Assembly: GCA_963975235.1 (NCBI GenBank)
Contig: CAXBGV010000001.1
Coordinates: 1 to 63,578 of the forward strand
Source: an uncultured Flavobacterium sp.
Lineage (GTDB): Bacteria > Bacteroidota > Bacteroidia > Flavobacteriales > Flavobacteriaceae
DNA length: 63,578 nucleotides
Reading direction: 5' to 3'
The translations under genes were made by a program, and so were the position numbers. A model generated the notes under the pieces. The model saw only the letters and a list, made by a program, of their open reading frames with translations, was not told the DNA's origin and ran no database searches. This document shows positions 30,639 through 40,638 of this stretch, one piece after another (the stretch's first letter is position 1; each line of letters opens with the position of its first letter).

Positions 30639-32036
30639 TTAGTATCCTTGATTTTGAGGTAATAAATGGCTATTTGCTAGCAGTTCAGACGCAGGAAGTG
30701 GAAGTAAATTATCTCTATCTTTCCATGCTGGTTTAATTACACTCAAAACAGTACCTGTTTTTCCAGTACGTTTTAAGTCAAACCAACGGTGCCCAAATTC
30801 AGTAAACAATTCCACTCTTCGTTCTTGTAAGACAGCTTGTGATAGTTCCTCTGAAGTATTAGCAGTCGTATTTGCTAAAGTGGCTCTTTGTCTTATCTTA
30901 TTGATATCATTTTTTGCTTCAGCTAGTTTTCCTAGATGTATTCTAGCTTCGGCTCGAATTAAGTATTGCTCCTCTAATCTAAAAATGATGGAGTACTCCT
31001 GAGATGTTCCTGAATTCGTATCAAGCTTGTATTTAAAAGGGAAATAATACGTGTCCGTTCCATCATTCACACTACCCAACCAATGGTTTTTTCTTTGATC
31101 TCCAGCTTCAAAGGCATTGAATAATTCTGGACTTATAGCTTCAATATTTGGCGGCGCACTAGTAAAAATAAAAGTTCGGCCTTCCATTGTATTTAAGCCC
31201 GCTACACCAGGGTGCAATTGCCAAATCGTGGAAGGACTGTCTTTCAAGAAAACTAAATCCAAATTATCCTGCCACTGATAAAAAGCTGTTTTATTAATAA
31301 TTGCATTCGATTCATTCTCTGCCAACTGCCAGTTTTCCGTATATAAAAATACTCTAGCCAGTAAGGCAGAAACGGTGTATTTATTGGGGCGGATTCGTTG
31401 AGCGGAAGTATACGTTTCGGGTAATAGCTCTTTTGCTTCTAGTAAGTCTGCTATAATTTGGTTGTAGACGTCTGCTTGGGTCTGCTTTGAAATCATAGTG
31501 TTTGTTTTATAATCGGTGCTAGTGATATAGGGAATATCTCCAAACAAGTTCACCAAATTAAAGTGTATAAAAGCACGGATAAACAGCGCTTCTCCCTTCA
31601 AGCGGTTTCGATTATCTCCTGTAATCGCTGTTGAATTATTTACACCTTCTACGATAGCGTTTGCAGCGTAAATTTGATTGTAGCTAGAATTCCATAAAAC
31701 GGAAACCCCACTATTGGAAGGTAGTAGTGTATGATTATAAAAGTTTTGCAAGGGAGAGTCACTAACTCCATAGTAGGTTAATTCATCTGCGTAATTTCCT
31801 AACAGACTGGAAAGTCCATCAGAATTTCCCGTTATCATGCTGTAATCTCGCATTTGAGCATAGCAGTCGGAAAGAGCTGCTGTCGCTGTTTTTACATCTT
31901 GAAAAACGGCAGTTTTGATTAGTTGCGTCTTCGGGAGATCCGTTTCAGTAAAACTATCGCAACTAAAAAGCCAAAGGCATGTAATAACTATTAAAGCAGC
32001 TATTAATGCAACTTGTATTTGTCTGTAATATTTCAT
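30639..32036 (-). CDS. susD: RagB/SusD family lipoprotein
   Basis: Lipobox LFSC; GEALFIRAF, FRLEEQYLIRAEA, ERRVELFTEFGHRWFDLKR; start MKYY at 32036. Confidence 0.93.
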   Translation of the reverse strand: MKYYRQIQVALIAALIVITCLWLFSCDSFTETDLPKTQLIKTAVFQDVKTATAALSDCYAQMRDYSMITGNSDGLSSLLGNYADELTYYGVSDSPLQNFYNHTLLPSNSGVSVLWNSSYNQIYAANAIVEGVNNSTAITGDNRNRLKGEALFIRAFIHFNLVNLFGDIPYITSTDYKTNTMISKQTQADVYNQIIADLLEAKELLPETYTSAQRIRPNKYTVSALLARVFLYTENWQLAENESNAIINKTAFYQWQDNLDLVFLKDSPSTIWQLHPGVAGLNTMEGRTFIFTSAPPNIEAISPELFNAFEAGDQRKNHWLGSVNDGTDTYYFPFKYKLDTNSGTSQEYSIIFRLEEQYLIRAEARIHLGKLAEAKNDINKIRQRATLANTTANTSEELSQAVLQERRVELFTEFGHRWFDLKRTGKTGTVLSVIKPAWKDRDNLLPLPASELLANSHLLPQNQGY

Positions 32037-32052
32037 CTTGTTAATTTTTATG

Positions 32053-35000
32053 TTATAAACCCAGTTGTACACCCAATGAGATCTGACGCAATGGTGCTAT
32101 AAAAAAGGAAGATTGATTTTCAGGATCTGCTCCTTTGTAGTTCGTAAAAGTCAGTAGATTTTGTGCCTGTAAATAGACTCTAGCAGTATTAATAGCCGAT
32201 CCTTTGGTAGGAACTGTGTACGATAGACTAACACTTTTTAAACGGATGTAAGAGGCATCACTGATTGTTGCACTACTATTGCTATAAGAAGACCAAGCAT
32301 CGAGCGCTTCTCCGTTTTCGCCAGTAGTATACAATTGCGTTTGAGAGTTTGATCCATCCACTGGCCAATGGTTTCCTATAGCTATAGGTTGATTGACCAT
32401 ATCTCCAGCCCAAGAAGTGTTGTACAAATAATTTCTTGCTTTTTGTTTTACAAATTGGAATAAGAAATCCATGGACCAATTTTTATAGCTTAATTGATTA
32501 GCAAAACCTCCAAACCAGTTGGGAGCAGTGTCTTCAATCCATTGCTGATCGTTGGGGCTACTAATTTGTCCATCACTATCATAATCTTCGAAAGAATATA
32601 GTCCGGTTTGTGGATTGATTCCTGTATAGTGATATACTTTTTGAATACTAATAGATTGACCAATGAGGTATCTATTAGCATAGGGGGAGCTTTCTAGATT
32701 AGGAAATTCTAACAACTTGTTTTTGGGAAGACTCAGATTGAAATTCGAAGTCCAATTAAAATTTTTAGATCGAAATGGTTCGACTCGTAATTCCAGTTCT
32801 AATCCCGAATTTTGAACTGTTGCATTTAGATTGGCTTGTAAAGAAGAAAACCCTGTAGTTCCCGCTAATGGGATTCCTACTAATTGGTTAGAAGATCGGT
32901 TGCGGTAATACGCTGTACTTAAAAAAACACGATCATTGACAAATCCTAATTCTATAGCAATTTCTAATTTTTTATTCGTTTCCCAAGCAAAATTAGGATT
33001 GAATAGTCTTGAAGGTTGGAGACCGATGACACCATTGTAATTGTTTCCTGTAACATCATAGGTATCTAAGAACTGGTAATCGCCAATTTGATCGTTTCCA
33101 GAGGTTCCATAGCTCGCTCTAAGTTTTCCAAAGCTAAGAAAGGTACCTGTATCAAGGAAGGATTCTTTTGAGAATACCCAAGCGGCACCAACAGCGGCAA
33201 AATTAGCAAAGCGATTACCAGGTCCAAATCGGCTGGAACCATCGCGTCTGCCCGTTGCATTTAAAATGTATTTACTTTTATAATTGAAATTAATTCGTCC
33301 AAAAAAAGCTTGGTACTTGTATTCAGAAAAGGAGTTATTTGAAATGTTTAAGCGCGATGCAGCGGCAAGATTGTAAATCAAACCGTTACTTGGAAACCCC
33401 GAGCCTGTTTGTGCTAACTGACTGGATTTTTGATCCTGAAAAGTAGCTCCTGCAAGGATATTAATCTCGCTTTTACCTATTTTTTTTAGCCAATTTAGTT
33501 GTGGTTCCATTGTCCATGAATGGCTTGATGCATTGTTGAGGTAGAGAGTAGAGCGTTCACTACCAATTCCAAACGCAGGATTATACATTGTAGATGGATT
33601 GATGCGACTTTCCTCTACGCGGTTATCCGTGTAACTCAGGCTCGTTTTTAATTCTAAACCCTCTAAAATTTCATAGGATAGCAATGTATTGGCAATTAGC
33701 GCAGCGGTAGTAGCAGTATATCTTCCGTCTAAGGTAGCTAGAGGGTTGGTCCAGGAATTGTTTTCCCAGTTGAGATTTCCGTTTGCATCATACAAAGCGG
33801 GTGCATTAGGAGCCAGAACAGCTGCCTTGTAGGTAAAGTCAGATGGGGGAAGTATGTTTTTATCAGCAGTATAATTTGCTGAAAAGTTTATTTTGAAACG
33901 ACCGTCTTCAGTACTGTGAGTCAGACTGGTATGTACCGCCCCTTTACCGTACTTGGCATCTCCTGGAAAAACGGTGGTTTCCTTGTGCATAGTACCGCTT
34001 ATTAAGTATTGGGTTCCAGAACTGCCACCAGATAAGGTAGCTTGTAGATTATTGGTTGTTGCAGTCCCCCCAATTAGTTCTTTTTGCCAATTGGTATACC
34101 TTGTTTGATCCCATTTTCCATTGACATCATAGGCATAACTAGGATAAGTTGTGATCCCATCATTTGAGAAAGCTTCACGGCGCATAGACAAGTATTGATC
34201 CGTATGCATTAAGTCTAGGGTACGGGTTAGTGTTCCAAAGCTGCTGTAAGCATTTAAGTTGAACTTTGTTTTTCCTGCTTTGCCTTTTTTGGTAGTGATC
34301 AGGACCACACCATTAGCCCCACGAGACCCATAGATTGCCGTAGCATCTGCATCTTTGAGTACTTCTATACTTTCTAAGTCAGTTGGATTAATGCCGTTTA
34401 ATGGACTGGTAGTACCCGCAAGTATACCTGAAGAAGCGGAGCTGAAACCCAGCGATTGCGAGCTGTAAGGTACACCATCCACGACGTATAGGGGTGAATT
34501 TCCCTCGGTACGGATGCTATTAATTCCCCTAATTTGAATATCAAATCCCCCACCCGGCACACCTGTGGCTTGGGTAATATTCACGCCAGACATACGTCCT
34601 TGCATGGCTGCTAGCGGATTAGTCACGGGTTGTTTTTCAATATCCTTTGCCGTGATTTTTGCGATACTTCCCGTGCGTTCACTTTCTTTTACGGAATAGT
34701 AGCCTGCATTGATTTTGACCTCCTGTAGTGAAGTCGCATCTTGATGCATTTCAATATTAATTATAGTACGGCCAGCAACAGGAATAGTTAGGGTTTTGTA
34801 ACCCATAAAACTAAAAATAAGTATATCGTTGGGAGATACCGTGATAGTAAATTCCCCATCAAAGTCAGAGATAGTAGTTTTTTGTTGCCCTTTTATAGTT
34901 ATGGTCACACCAGCTAAAGGGAGTGTACCATCAGTGATGATCCCACTTATTTGGTTTTGTTGGGTGGAAGAGGGCAAGGACGGCAGTGCCGTTTTTGATA

Positions 35001-35085
35001 AAGCAGGGGTGTAGGAGATGAGGAACCCGAAAACAATCAGGCACCAAAAAGCCAATCTCCCCTTGTAAAATGAATTATTTTTCAT
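32053..35085 (-). CDS. susC: SusC/RagA TonB-linked outer membrane transporter
   Basis: 1010 aa; EVLKDADATAIYGSRGANGVVLITTK, RRDGSSRFG, WET. Confidence 0.95.
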   Translation of the reverse strand: MKNNSFYKGRLAFWCLIVFGFLISYTPALSKTALPSLPSSTQQNQISGIITDGTLPLAGVTITIKGQQKTTISDFDGEFTITVSPNDILIFSFMGYKTLTIPVAGRTIINIEMHQDATSLQEVKINAGYYSVKESERTGSIAKITAKDIEKQPVTNPLAAMQGRMSGVNITQATGVPGGGFDIQIRGINSIRTEGNSPLYVVDGVPYSSQSLGFSSASSGILAGTTSPLNGINPTDLESIEVLKDADATAIYGSRGANGVVLITTKKGKAGKTKFNLNAYSSFGTLTRTLDLMHTDQYLSMRREAFSNDGITTYPSYAYDVNGKWDQTRYTNWQKELIGGTATTNNLQATLSGGSSGTQYLISGTMHKETTVFPGDAKYGKGAVHTSLTHSTEDGRFKINFSANYTADKNILPPSDFTYKAAVLAPNAPALYDANGNLNWENNSWTNPLATLDGRYTATTAALIANTLLSYEILEGLELKTSLSYTDNRVEESRINPSTMYNPAFGIGSERSTLYLNNASSHSWTMEPQLNWLKKIGKSEINILAGATFQDQKSSQLAQTGSGFPSNGLIYNLAAASRLNISNNSFSEYKYQAFFGRINFNYKSKYILNATGRRDGSSRFGPGNRFANFAAVGAAWVFSKESFLDTGTFLSFGKLRASYGTSGNDQIGDYQFLDTYDVTGNNYNGVIGLQPSRLFNPNFAWETNKKLEIAIELGFVNDRVFLSTAYYRNRSSNQLVGIPLAGTTGFSSLQANLNATVQNSGLELELRVEPFRSKNFNWTSNFNLSLPKNKLLEFPNLESSPYANRYLIGQSISIQKVYHYTGINPQTGLYSFEDYDSDGQISSPNDQQWIEDTAPNWFGGFANQLSYKNWSMDFLFQFVKQKARNYLYNTSWAGDMVNQPIAIGNHWPVDGSNSQTQLYTTGENGEALDAWSSYSNSSATISDASYIRLKSVSLSYTVPTKGSAINTARVYLQAQNLLTFTNYKGADPENQSSFFIAPLRQISLGVQLGL

Positions 35086-35125
35086 AATATTGGGTTAGTT
35101 AATGGAAACGTTAGTTTTGTTAGCA

Positions 35126-35172
35126 ATGGTCCTCTAGTCAACCGCCAAGAAGAGTTAGAGGGCCATTTTTTT
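35126..35172 (-). promoter_or_regulatory. Hairpin in the susC leader
   Basis: ATGGTCCTCTA ... TAGAGGGCCAT followed by a T8 run on the + strand. Confidence 0.45.
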
Positions 35173-35351
35173 TGCTTTAATAGCCTGTACTGCATTTTTA
35201 CTAATTCAAAATAGAGAGCAAGACAGCACAGGCATTCAATAGAGATTCTTTTTTTAAATCATAGGCAAGCGAAAGTTTATACGGTTAAACAGTAATGATC
35301 AAGGCGAGACTGTTAAAAGGATGAGGCAGTGCTAAGAATGGAAGTTGAGTA

Positions 35352-35526
35352 GTGCCTAAATATTAGGCATAAAAAATGGCATGGAACTCAGCTTATTGCG
35401 TTAGAGGTACTGGTATACCTGGAAACAATAAGTGAGCCCACGCCATGGGACGTGAGCATCGTACTTATCATCTCGTTTCTATCAAAGTACCAGTTTTCCA
35501 ACGCGAGATTCTAAGCGAATGCTTCA
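35352..35526 (-). ncRNA. Candidate structured leader or antisense-type RNA upstream of susC
   Basis: Interleaved inverted repeats 35377-35398/35426-35445 and 35398-35416/35487-35504; GC-richer than the flanks; TAnnTTTG boxes on the minus strand at 35548-35555 and 35601-35608. Confidence 0.5.
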
Positions 35527-35624
35527 AATATTTTATATGAAGAATCGCAAATTTAATAAATGATTATCTATTATTTCAAATAAATATATAATCTATAAAG
35601 CAAATATATGAAAAATATTCTCGC

Positions 35625-35642
35625 ATTGTCAAATTTGACAAT
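35625..35642. promoter_or_regulatory. Perfect 18-bp palindrome, likely XRE operator
   Basis: ATTGTCAAATTTGACAAT between the divergent susC-leader promoter and the XRE gene. Confidence 0.6.
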
Positions 35643-35674
35643 TATTTTTCTACAAATTACATCAATTTCACATT

Positions 35675-35917
35675 GTGAAAGAAATTAGAAAAAAATATTA
35701 TATAAAATTCGGAGAGAATCTGCAGGTTCTTTTAGCTAAATATGGAAAAGATGTTATGACAGTGGCATCCCTAGGTAAGATTGAGCCTAAACAAGTTTAT
35801 AGAGTACTGAATGGGGAACATGGCGCATCAATGGGGACAATAATCTCCATTGCAAAAGGTTTAGAAATTTCTCCAAAAGAGTTGTTTGATTTTGAATTTG
35901 ATTTAAAAAAAGAATAA
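35675..35917 (+). CDS. XRE-family helix-turn-helix regulator
   Basis: 80 aa GTG start; FGENL...VYRVLNGEH..SMGTIISIAKGLEISPKELFDF. Confidence 0.85.
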   Translation: MKEIRKKYYIKFGENLQVLLAKYGKDVMTVASLGKIEPKQVYRVLNGEHGASMGTIISIAKGLEISPKELFDFEFDLKKE

Positions 35918-36015
35918 GAAGATGCTGTGAGGTGTTTTCTTTTATTCGTAATGTTTCAATTTATTATTAAAGTTGTAAAATTATAAATAGTTAATACAGA
36001 ATTGCTTTTTTAATT

Positions 36016-37053
36016 TTAAAATCTTGAATATTTGTTAGCTTCTTCTCGTGCAATTAAGTCAAATGTATTTATTAATACTTCTAAAGATTTCTTTTCTAAA
36101 GTTTTTCTCTTTCTAAGACTTCTCAAATAACTATTAGCTCTTATACGAATTTCTGGTATATCATTTATTAATTCCTTATCATTCATATAATCATTATATA
36201 ATTCATACCATTTACCAATTCTTCCTGAGACATGTGTTTGATGTCTACTCTCGATATTGTACACGTTTTTCCACGCCTGAATTTCTTCATCTTTGGCAAT
36301 AATGCATGAATAATCGATATCCCAAACAATTTTTGATAAATCAGTATTGTTTGTTTTAATCTGTATTTCTATAATTATTTGATCCATATTTCCTTCAAAA
36401 GGATAGAATACTTTTCCTGTATAACTCAATATATCTTTATTGCTTTTTACTTCTAATGAATTGCAATCAATGCAGATAGGAACTAAATTTTCAAAGTTGA
36501 CTGATGAAAATGGATAAATATCTTTTGGCAAATAGTGATCGTATTGATCTGTCCTTTTGTCTTCATAGGTCTTCATTTCAACCATTCCACAAGCAGGGCA
36601 AAATTCATAATCATTGTGGGCAATTTTTTTAAAAGCATGATAATGATCTAATCTTCCACCATAATTTTCTTTGAAAATTGAACCTTTTAAAACATCTTCA
36701 TAAAGTTTGATAAACAAAGTCTTAGTTAATTCTCTTACTTCTAATGGAATATCAGCTTCTTTCCAAGGTATAATATCTCCATTGCAAATGCCTTTTATAT
36801 CATTGCTTTTTCTTATCGCCTCACAAAACAATGTCTTGTCAATTTGTTTCCAATCTTTTATTATGTCATAAATATTCTTTAAACTCTTTCTTAATATTCC
36901 AGTATGCCTTGATACTAGATTATCGTAGAATTCTTTAATAAAAAAATCTTCAGAAAAGGCAGTAGTTTCAAATTCGATTTTATTGAAAAAGGATATAACA
37001 AAGTCATGAAGTTTGTTTTGAGGGCTTTCATAAAAAGTATAATTATTGATCAT
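36016..37053 (-). CDS. HNH endonuclease (PtuB/Septu-like)
   Basis: 345 aa; CPACG...DHYLPKDIYP...NLVPICIDCN. Confidence 0.85.
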   Translation of the reverse strand: MINNYTFYESPQNKLHDFVISFFNKIEFETTAFSEDFFIKEFYDNLVSRHTGILRKSLKNIYDIIKDWKQIDKTLFCEAIRKSNDIKGICNGDIIPWKEADIPLEVRELTKTLFIKLYEDVLKGSIFKENYGGRLDHYHAFKKIAHNDYEFCPACGMVEMKTYEDKRTDQYDHYLPKDIYPFSSVNFENLVPICIDCNSLEVKSNKDILSYTGKVFYPFEGNMDQIIIEIQIKTNNTDLSKIVWDIDYSCIIAKDEEIQAWKNVYNIESRHQTHVSGRIGKWYELYNDYMNDKELINDIPEIRIRANSYLRSLRKRKTLEKKSLEVLINTFDLIAREEANKYSRF

Positions 37054-37054
37054 T

Positions 37055-38746
37055 TTAGACTTTTTTAATTTCCTCTTCTCTCATTAATAACCTTCTAAAC
37101 AACAATGTTTTTTCCACAGAATCTCCTAATATTCTAGTATCCTCTTTTGCTTTTTGAATATCCACTAAAGTATTAAATCCTCTATTTTTAATTTCGTTAA
37201 GTATTTTAAGTGAATAATCTCCTTGGCTTTCATTTTTATTGAAGACTTCCTCCGTTAGAATATTAACTGAAGTTCCAAAAGTGTTAATGCGTTTTTGGGC
37301 TGCTGTTTCTACTTTTAGTTTACCTTTTTTATCTCTACTGAAAATATATACATTGTTAGGTTTGCAATCGGAAATTATAAAAGGTGAATGTGAAGTAATG
37401 AAATGATCTTGCTCTTTTTCTAACACTTGATTATTTGCCATTATTAAATTAACCATTTTAGCTCTCCATTCAGGATTAAAGTGGGTCTCGGGTTCATCTA
37501 ACAAAAAAAGAACATCACTTTCCTGCATAATCCTTAAAGAGCCAATTACATGTAACAACTGATGCTCACCATCACTTAAATTTTTATAGGGGACAGGTTC
37601 TGAAATTTTTTCTTTTTTAAAATTTATGTTTTCAATTTTAAAAATTAAATTTTCTACGGTTGGCTTAGGTATTAAATCACTCAAATTGGTTCCTCTAGAA
37701 GCATTTTTTATACTAGCCCTAGTTGTTGGGCTAAAACAATGTATATTCATTAAGCGCAATGAATATAAGAGTTTAAATAATTCAAAAGGTGTTTTAAAAA
37801 CATCTCTGAATGCATTTCTAATTACTTCATCGGTATAAAAATTTAATTCAATAACTCTTGCTCTATTGTTCCTATCTTGATTGTCAATTAAATCGTTTTC
37901 ATTATCAAAACTAGTAGTTGCACACTTTTTGAGTTTTTCTATACCAAGAATTAATTCTGATGGAAATTCTATGAATTTATTATCGTAGTTTTTAAATCTA
38001 ATTTTTAAAGAAAATGAATGTAAGTCTTTAATTCTTAATTTAGCATTAAACTCTTTTTTGTCTTTCCAATTGAACTGATCACTGTCCTTGAATATATAAT
38101 TTGCTAAAACAATTAATTCATTGCTGTCATAGTCCATAAAGAACATACGATTGACATTAGTGTTACTTATAATATTTTTATCACTGGTGCTTTTTATGAA
38201 TTCATCAAAATAATAATAATCCAATTTAATAAAAGGATTACTTATCAATTCATTTTGACCACTACTGTAACCTATGACATTAGTTGGTAAAACTTCGCTC
38301 CAAATGCTTTCATCAAGTGAATGAGCACCTTTCATATATGAATATTGTAAAGCATAAATAATTAAATCTTTGCCTTTATATTTAGTACAAGCAATAACTA
38401 CGTCTTCGTCTTCTATTAAAGGAGGTAAATCTTGTTCAATTCTTCTACTGTTAGCATACAACCATTTGTTTTTACTAATCGTATACTGAATTTCAAAACT
38501 TATATCTTTATACCGTTCATCAAGTGTTTCTTTGTCTTTGCCTTGGACTATTGTTTTGAGTTCTAAATAATAAAATATTTCACTTATAACTTCAAGTGTA
38601 TTTGATTTACCACTACCATTTATTCCAACCAAGCAAATAGGTTCATTTTTATCAGTTTCAAAATAATTATCTTTTCTGAAATCTAATTCAAAACCTTTCG
38701 GTAATCCTCTAAAAGACGTGAAGAGTTTTAGTTTAAGTAATTTCAT
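37055..38746 (-). CDS. Restriction-system-associated ABC/AAA ATPase (PtuA-like)
   Basis: 563 aa; GINGSGKS, LSDGEHQ signature, LLDEPETHFNPEW, ITSHSPF. Confidence 0.9.
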   Translation of the reverse strand: MKLLKLKLFTSFRGLPKGFELDFRKDNYFETDKNEPICLVGINGSGKSNTLEVISEIFYYLELKTIVQGKDKETLDERYKDISFEIQYTISKNKWLYANSRRIEQDLPPLIEDEDVVIACTKYKGKDLIIYALQYSYMKGAHSLDESIWSEVLPTNVIGYSSGQNELISNPFIKLDYYYFDEFIKSTSDKNIISNTNVNRMFFMDYDSNELIVLANYIFKDSDQFNWKDKKEFNAKLRIKDLHSFSLKIRFKNYDNKFIEFPSELILGIEKLKKCATTSFDNENDLIDNQDRNNRARVIELNFYTDEVIRNAFRDVFKTPFELFKLLYSLRLMNIHCFSPTTRASIKNASRGTNLSDLIPKPTVENLIFKIENINFKKEKISEPVPYKNLSDGEHQLLHVIGSLRIMQESDVLFLLDEPETHFNPEWRAKMVNLIMANNQVLEKEQDHFITSHSPFIISDCKPNNVYIFSRDKKGKLKVETAAQKRINTFGTSVNILTEEVFNKNESQGDYSLKILNEIKNRGFNTLVDIQKAKEDTRILGDSVEKTLLFRRLLMREEEIKKV

Positions 38747-38748
38747 TT

Positions 38749-40638
38749 TTATAATTTAGTATTATTACAGACAAACCATATGCTTTCATCCAAATAGAGA
38801 ATTGCTTTTTCGCCTTCAAGTTCTTGTTGCAAGCGATTAGTTCTGTCATTGCTCCAAAAATGTTGTATCAGCTTTTTTTCTTCAATTTGTTTGAAAATAA
38901 ACTGTTGTAATTCTTTATAAGTGTATTTGAACTTTTCCTTTTTAAGGAATTTTTCAAAATCTTGAAATGTAAATCCACCTCTCTTTTTTGAAAACTCTTC
39001 TTCAATCACAGCTAATCCTTCAATTTCATTAAATATAATGCCTGTTAGATTGCCTAAACCTCCAGCATCCACTCGCGCAGATTTTTTTTCTGTTTTTAAA
39101 GTTGATGAAATTGATTTAATATTTTCGAAAGTTTTCATTGCTTGTGCTACACTTTCAGGAATTTTTGGCAACTTTTCAAACGGAGCCACCATTCTATTAA
39201 TTTGATCTATTTGTTGTGAAATTTTTTCAAAAATTGAAGGTAGTTTAATCGATGCAGATGTTTTAGGCATTATTTTGCTTAATGCATTAGTGCTTTTGAT
39301 AAACTCTTGCATTTGAGGTGTAACTACTGACTGAATGCTTTTCTCAGGAAATTCAACTTTAATCTTTGGTTCCGGAAAATGATTTGGTTCAGTTCTGTCA
39401 TTAACGTAATTTTGATATTCTTCTTCCTGTACTAAAACTCGTAAAGTAGATAAATCTAATTCCCCTTTGAACGCTTTCTGACTTAATGAACTAAATAAAT
39501 TTTCTAACTCAATTAAACTAGTTTCAAATTGTGTTTTTAATAGTTGTGTTTTTTCGAAAATATCTCCAAATTTGTTTTGAAGATCAATAGGAGGGATTAA
39601 TATTTTTATATTTTGAAATTCTTGAGCATTAATATTTGCCATTCCAACAATTGATTTACACATCCCATAAAGAGTTTGTTTTCCGTAAACAGAATTTAAA
39701 AACCCCCACAAATACCTTGAATTAGCTTTTTCATTAGTTCTTACTCTAATTAAGTAACCTGCTATAAACATTTTAGTGTCTTCATTAAAAACACCAGTTT
39801 TACCAACAAGTTCTTTAGAATTCGTTCTATTAAATATTAAATCTCCTTTTTGAACAATATATTTATCAATTTCAGAATCATTTAAATCTATATATTTTAG
39901 ATTTGAATAATCCATATACCCATTAGTTGTAATATTGTTCATTCTTAAGTATGGATAGAGACCTCTATCAGAAGAGGATTTACTTGTCCCGTATTTGACC
40001 TCACTTACGACATCTCTAATTATTCCTTTGGCAAATTTTTTTTGGTTTCTAAAAGGATCTCCAAACATATTTAAAAAAGTACTTTTCAAGAATTCATCTA
40101 ACACGTTAATACTCTTCTTACGTTGTTGGATTAACTTTTCGGCTTTATTTAAAATAACTGTGATTCGAATTTGGTCTTCCAGTTTTTCTGGGATTTTAAT
40201 TTTTATTTTTTCAAGATTTGAAATATTAAAACTAGCCTGATTTATAGATTTTTTGGTAATTTTGATTAAACTAAAAATAAAAAAGGGAGACCTAAAAAAA
40301 TAGTAAGCATACTTTGGCAAAATAATATTTTCATTTGCTTTTAAGCAAAGTAAATTCATTCCGTGGATAATCTTATCTTCGCTGTTTTCGAAAATAGCAA
40401 CTTTACCTAAATGTGATATACTATTTATATGAGACATTAAAATATCTCCTTCTTTTAAATAATAATTACTGTATGTTTCATCATCAATACCCGAATATCC
40501 TAGCCTTTTAATGTCAAATTTATTATCTACTATTGTTTCAATTCTAGTTATAGGTATTCCACCAGAAGATTTATCCTGTTTAATGTTAGCCCCATTCTTT
40601 ATAGAATGAAAAACATCTTTTATTTTCATAGCTTTCAT
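38749..40638 (-). CDS. hsdS: Type I specificity subunit with a ~230 aa C-terminal extension
   Basis: Two TRDs, MFGDP and AFKGEL at ~395, then an extra domain. Confidence 0.9.
   Translation of the reverse strand: MKAMKIKDVFHSIKNGANIKQDKSSGGIPITRIETIVDNKFDIKRLGYSGIDDETYSNYYLKEGDILMSHINSISHLGKVAIFENSEDKIIHGMNLLCLKANENIILPKYAYYFFRSPFFIFSLIKITKKSINQASFNISNLEKIKIKIPEKLEDQIRITVILNKAEKLIQQRKKSINVLDEFLKSTFLNMFGDPFRNQKKFAKGIIRDVVSEVKYGTSKSSSDRGLYPYLRMNNITTNGYMDYSNLKYIDLNDSEIDKYIVQKGDLIFNRTNSKELVGKTGVFNEDTKMFIAGYLIRVRTNEKANSRYLWGFLNSVYGKQTLYGMCKSIVGMANINAQEFQNIKILIPPIDLQNKFGDIFEKTQLLKTQFETSLIELENLFSSLSQKAFKGELDLSTLRVLVQEEEYQNYVNDRTEPNHFPEPKIKVEFPEKSIQSVVTPQMQEFIKSTNALSKIMPKTSASIKLPSIFEKISQQIDQINRMVAPFEKLPKIPESVAQAMKTFENIKSISSTLKTEKKSARVDAGGLGNLTGIIFNEIEGLAVIEEEFSKKRGGFTFQDFEKFLKKEKFKYTYKELQQFIFKQIEEKKLIQHFWSNDRTNRLQQELEGEKAILYLDESIWFVCNNTKL

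Noticed and set aside
27996-35085. Polysaccharide utilisation locus
   Set aside because: SusC/D are linked to a peptidase only; no glycoside hydrolase, lyase or sugar sensor.
36016-38746. Retron-associated PtuAB system
   Set aside because: No reverse transcriptase ORF and no msr-msd-like element nearby.
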